Shown here: piece after piece, positions 63,815 through 64,000 of the stretch
Position numbering within the stretch: the stretch's first letter is position 1
Layout: each line of letters begins with the position of its first letter
Source: Cycas panzhihuaensis
Lineage: Eukaryota; Plantae; Cycadophyta
DNA: 64,000 nucleotides
NCBI GenBank assembly: GCA_023213395.1
Contig: CM041465.1
Span: 76,639,741 to 76,703,740, forward strand
Direction of reading: 5' to 3'
Program-made: the position numbers and the translations under genes
Notes under the pieces: model-generated
Database searches by the model: none
The model's input: only the letters and a program-made list of their open reading frames with translations
What the model was told of the DNA's origin: nothing

Positions 63815-64000
63815 GGGTGAGAAAAGAAAGCATCTTGGTAGAAAGAATATGTAATAGAGTCAAAGTCGAAGAAAAAGGGGCTCGTATGGCTAGCAATGAT
63901 GGCCACGAAGGGTAGGAGGACCCAGCAATGAAGCTACTCAAGGATAGGAGTAGACTATCTGACCACTCACAGAGAGTGAGTGGTGAGAAGGCCACCCTAG

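Overview
Eukaryotic plant nuclear DNA, probably a gymnosperm-type large genome (inferred from the repeat types and the protein style). It is AT-rich and mostly decayed, nested retroelements, with a 500-N scaffold gap at 5448-5947. There is one clear host gene: a minus-strand group-F bZIP (bZIP19/bZIP23-like zinc-deficiency sensor). Its main exon is 35901-36711, and a probable short last exon lies at 35747-35787. Left of the gene is a nest. An RT-less Ty3/gypsy element (about 7860-27100) carries a tRNA-derived SINE and a full-length L1 LINE. The L1 is split by an internally deleted minus-strand copia. A second RT-less gypsy element with paired LTRs follows at 27107-32323. Right of the gene is a stack of related short-LTR, very-long-leader Ty1/copia elements inserted into one another, plus a solo LTR. 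The window ends in the 3' part of a Tat-like gypsy element with a 3'-located RNase HI ORF. The most interesting observations are: (i) a conserved hairpin-rich block just upstream of gag in three diverged copia leaders; (ii) an RT-less gypsy family that keeps an integrase tail, a conserved extra 3' ORF and, in one copy, tandem capsid-like modules; (iii) an ABRE-like cluster in a copia leader; (iv) a ZDRE-like palindrome upstream of the zinc-sensor bZIP. I see no evidence for a wholly new multi-gene system. All calls come from manual reading, with no database searches.
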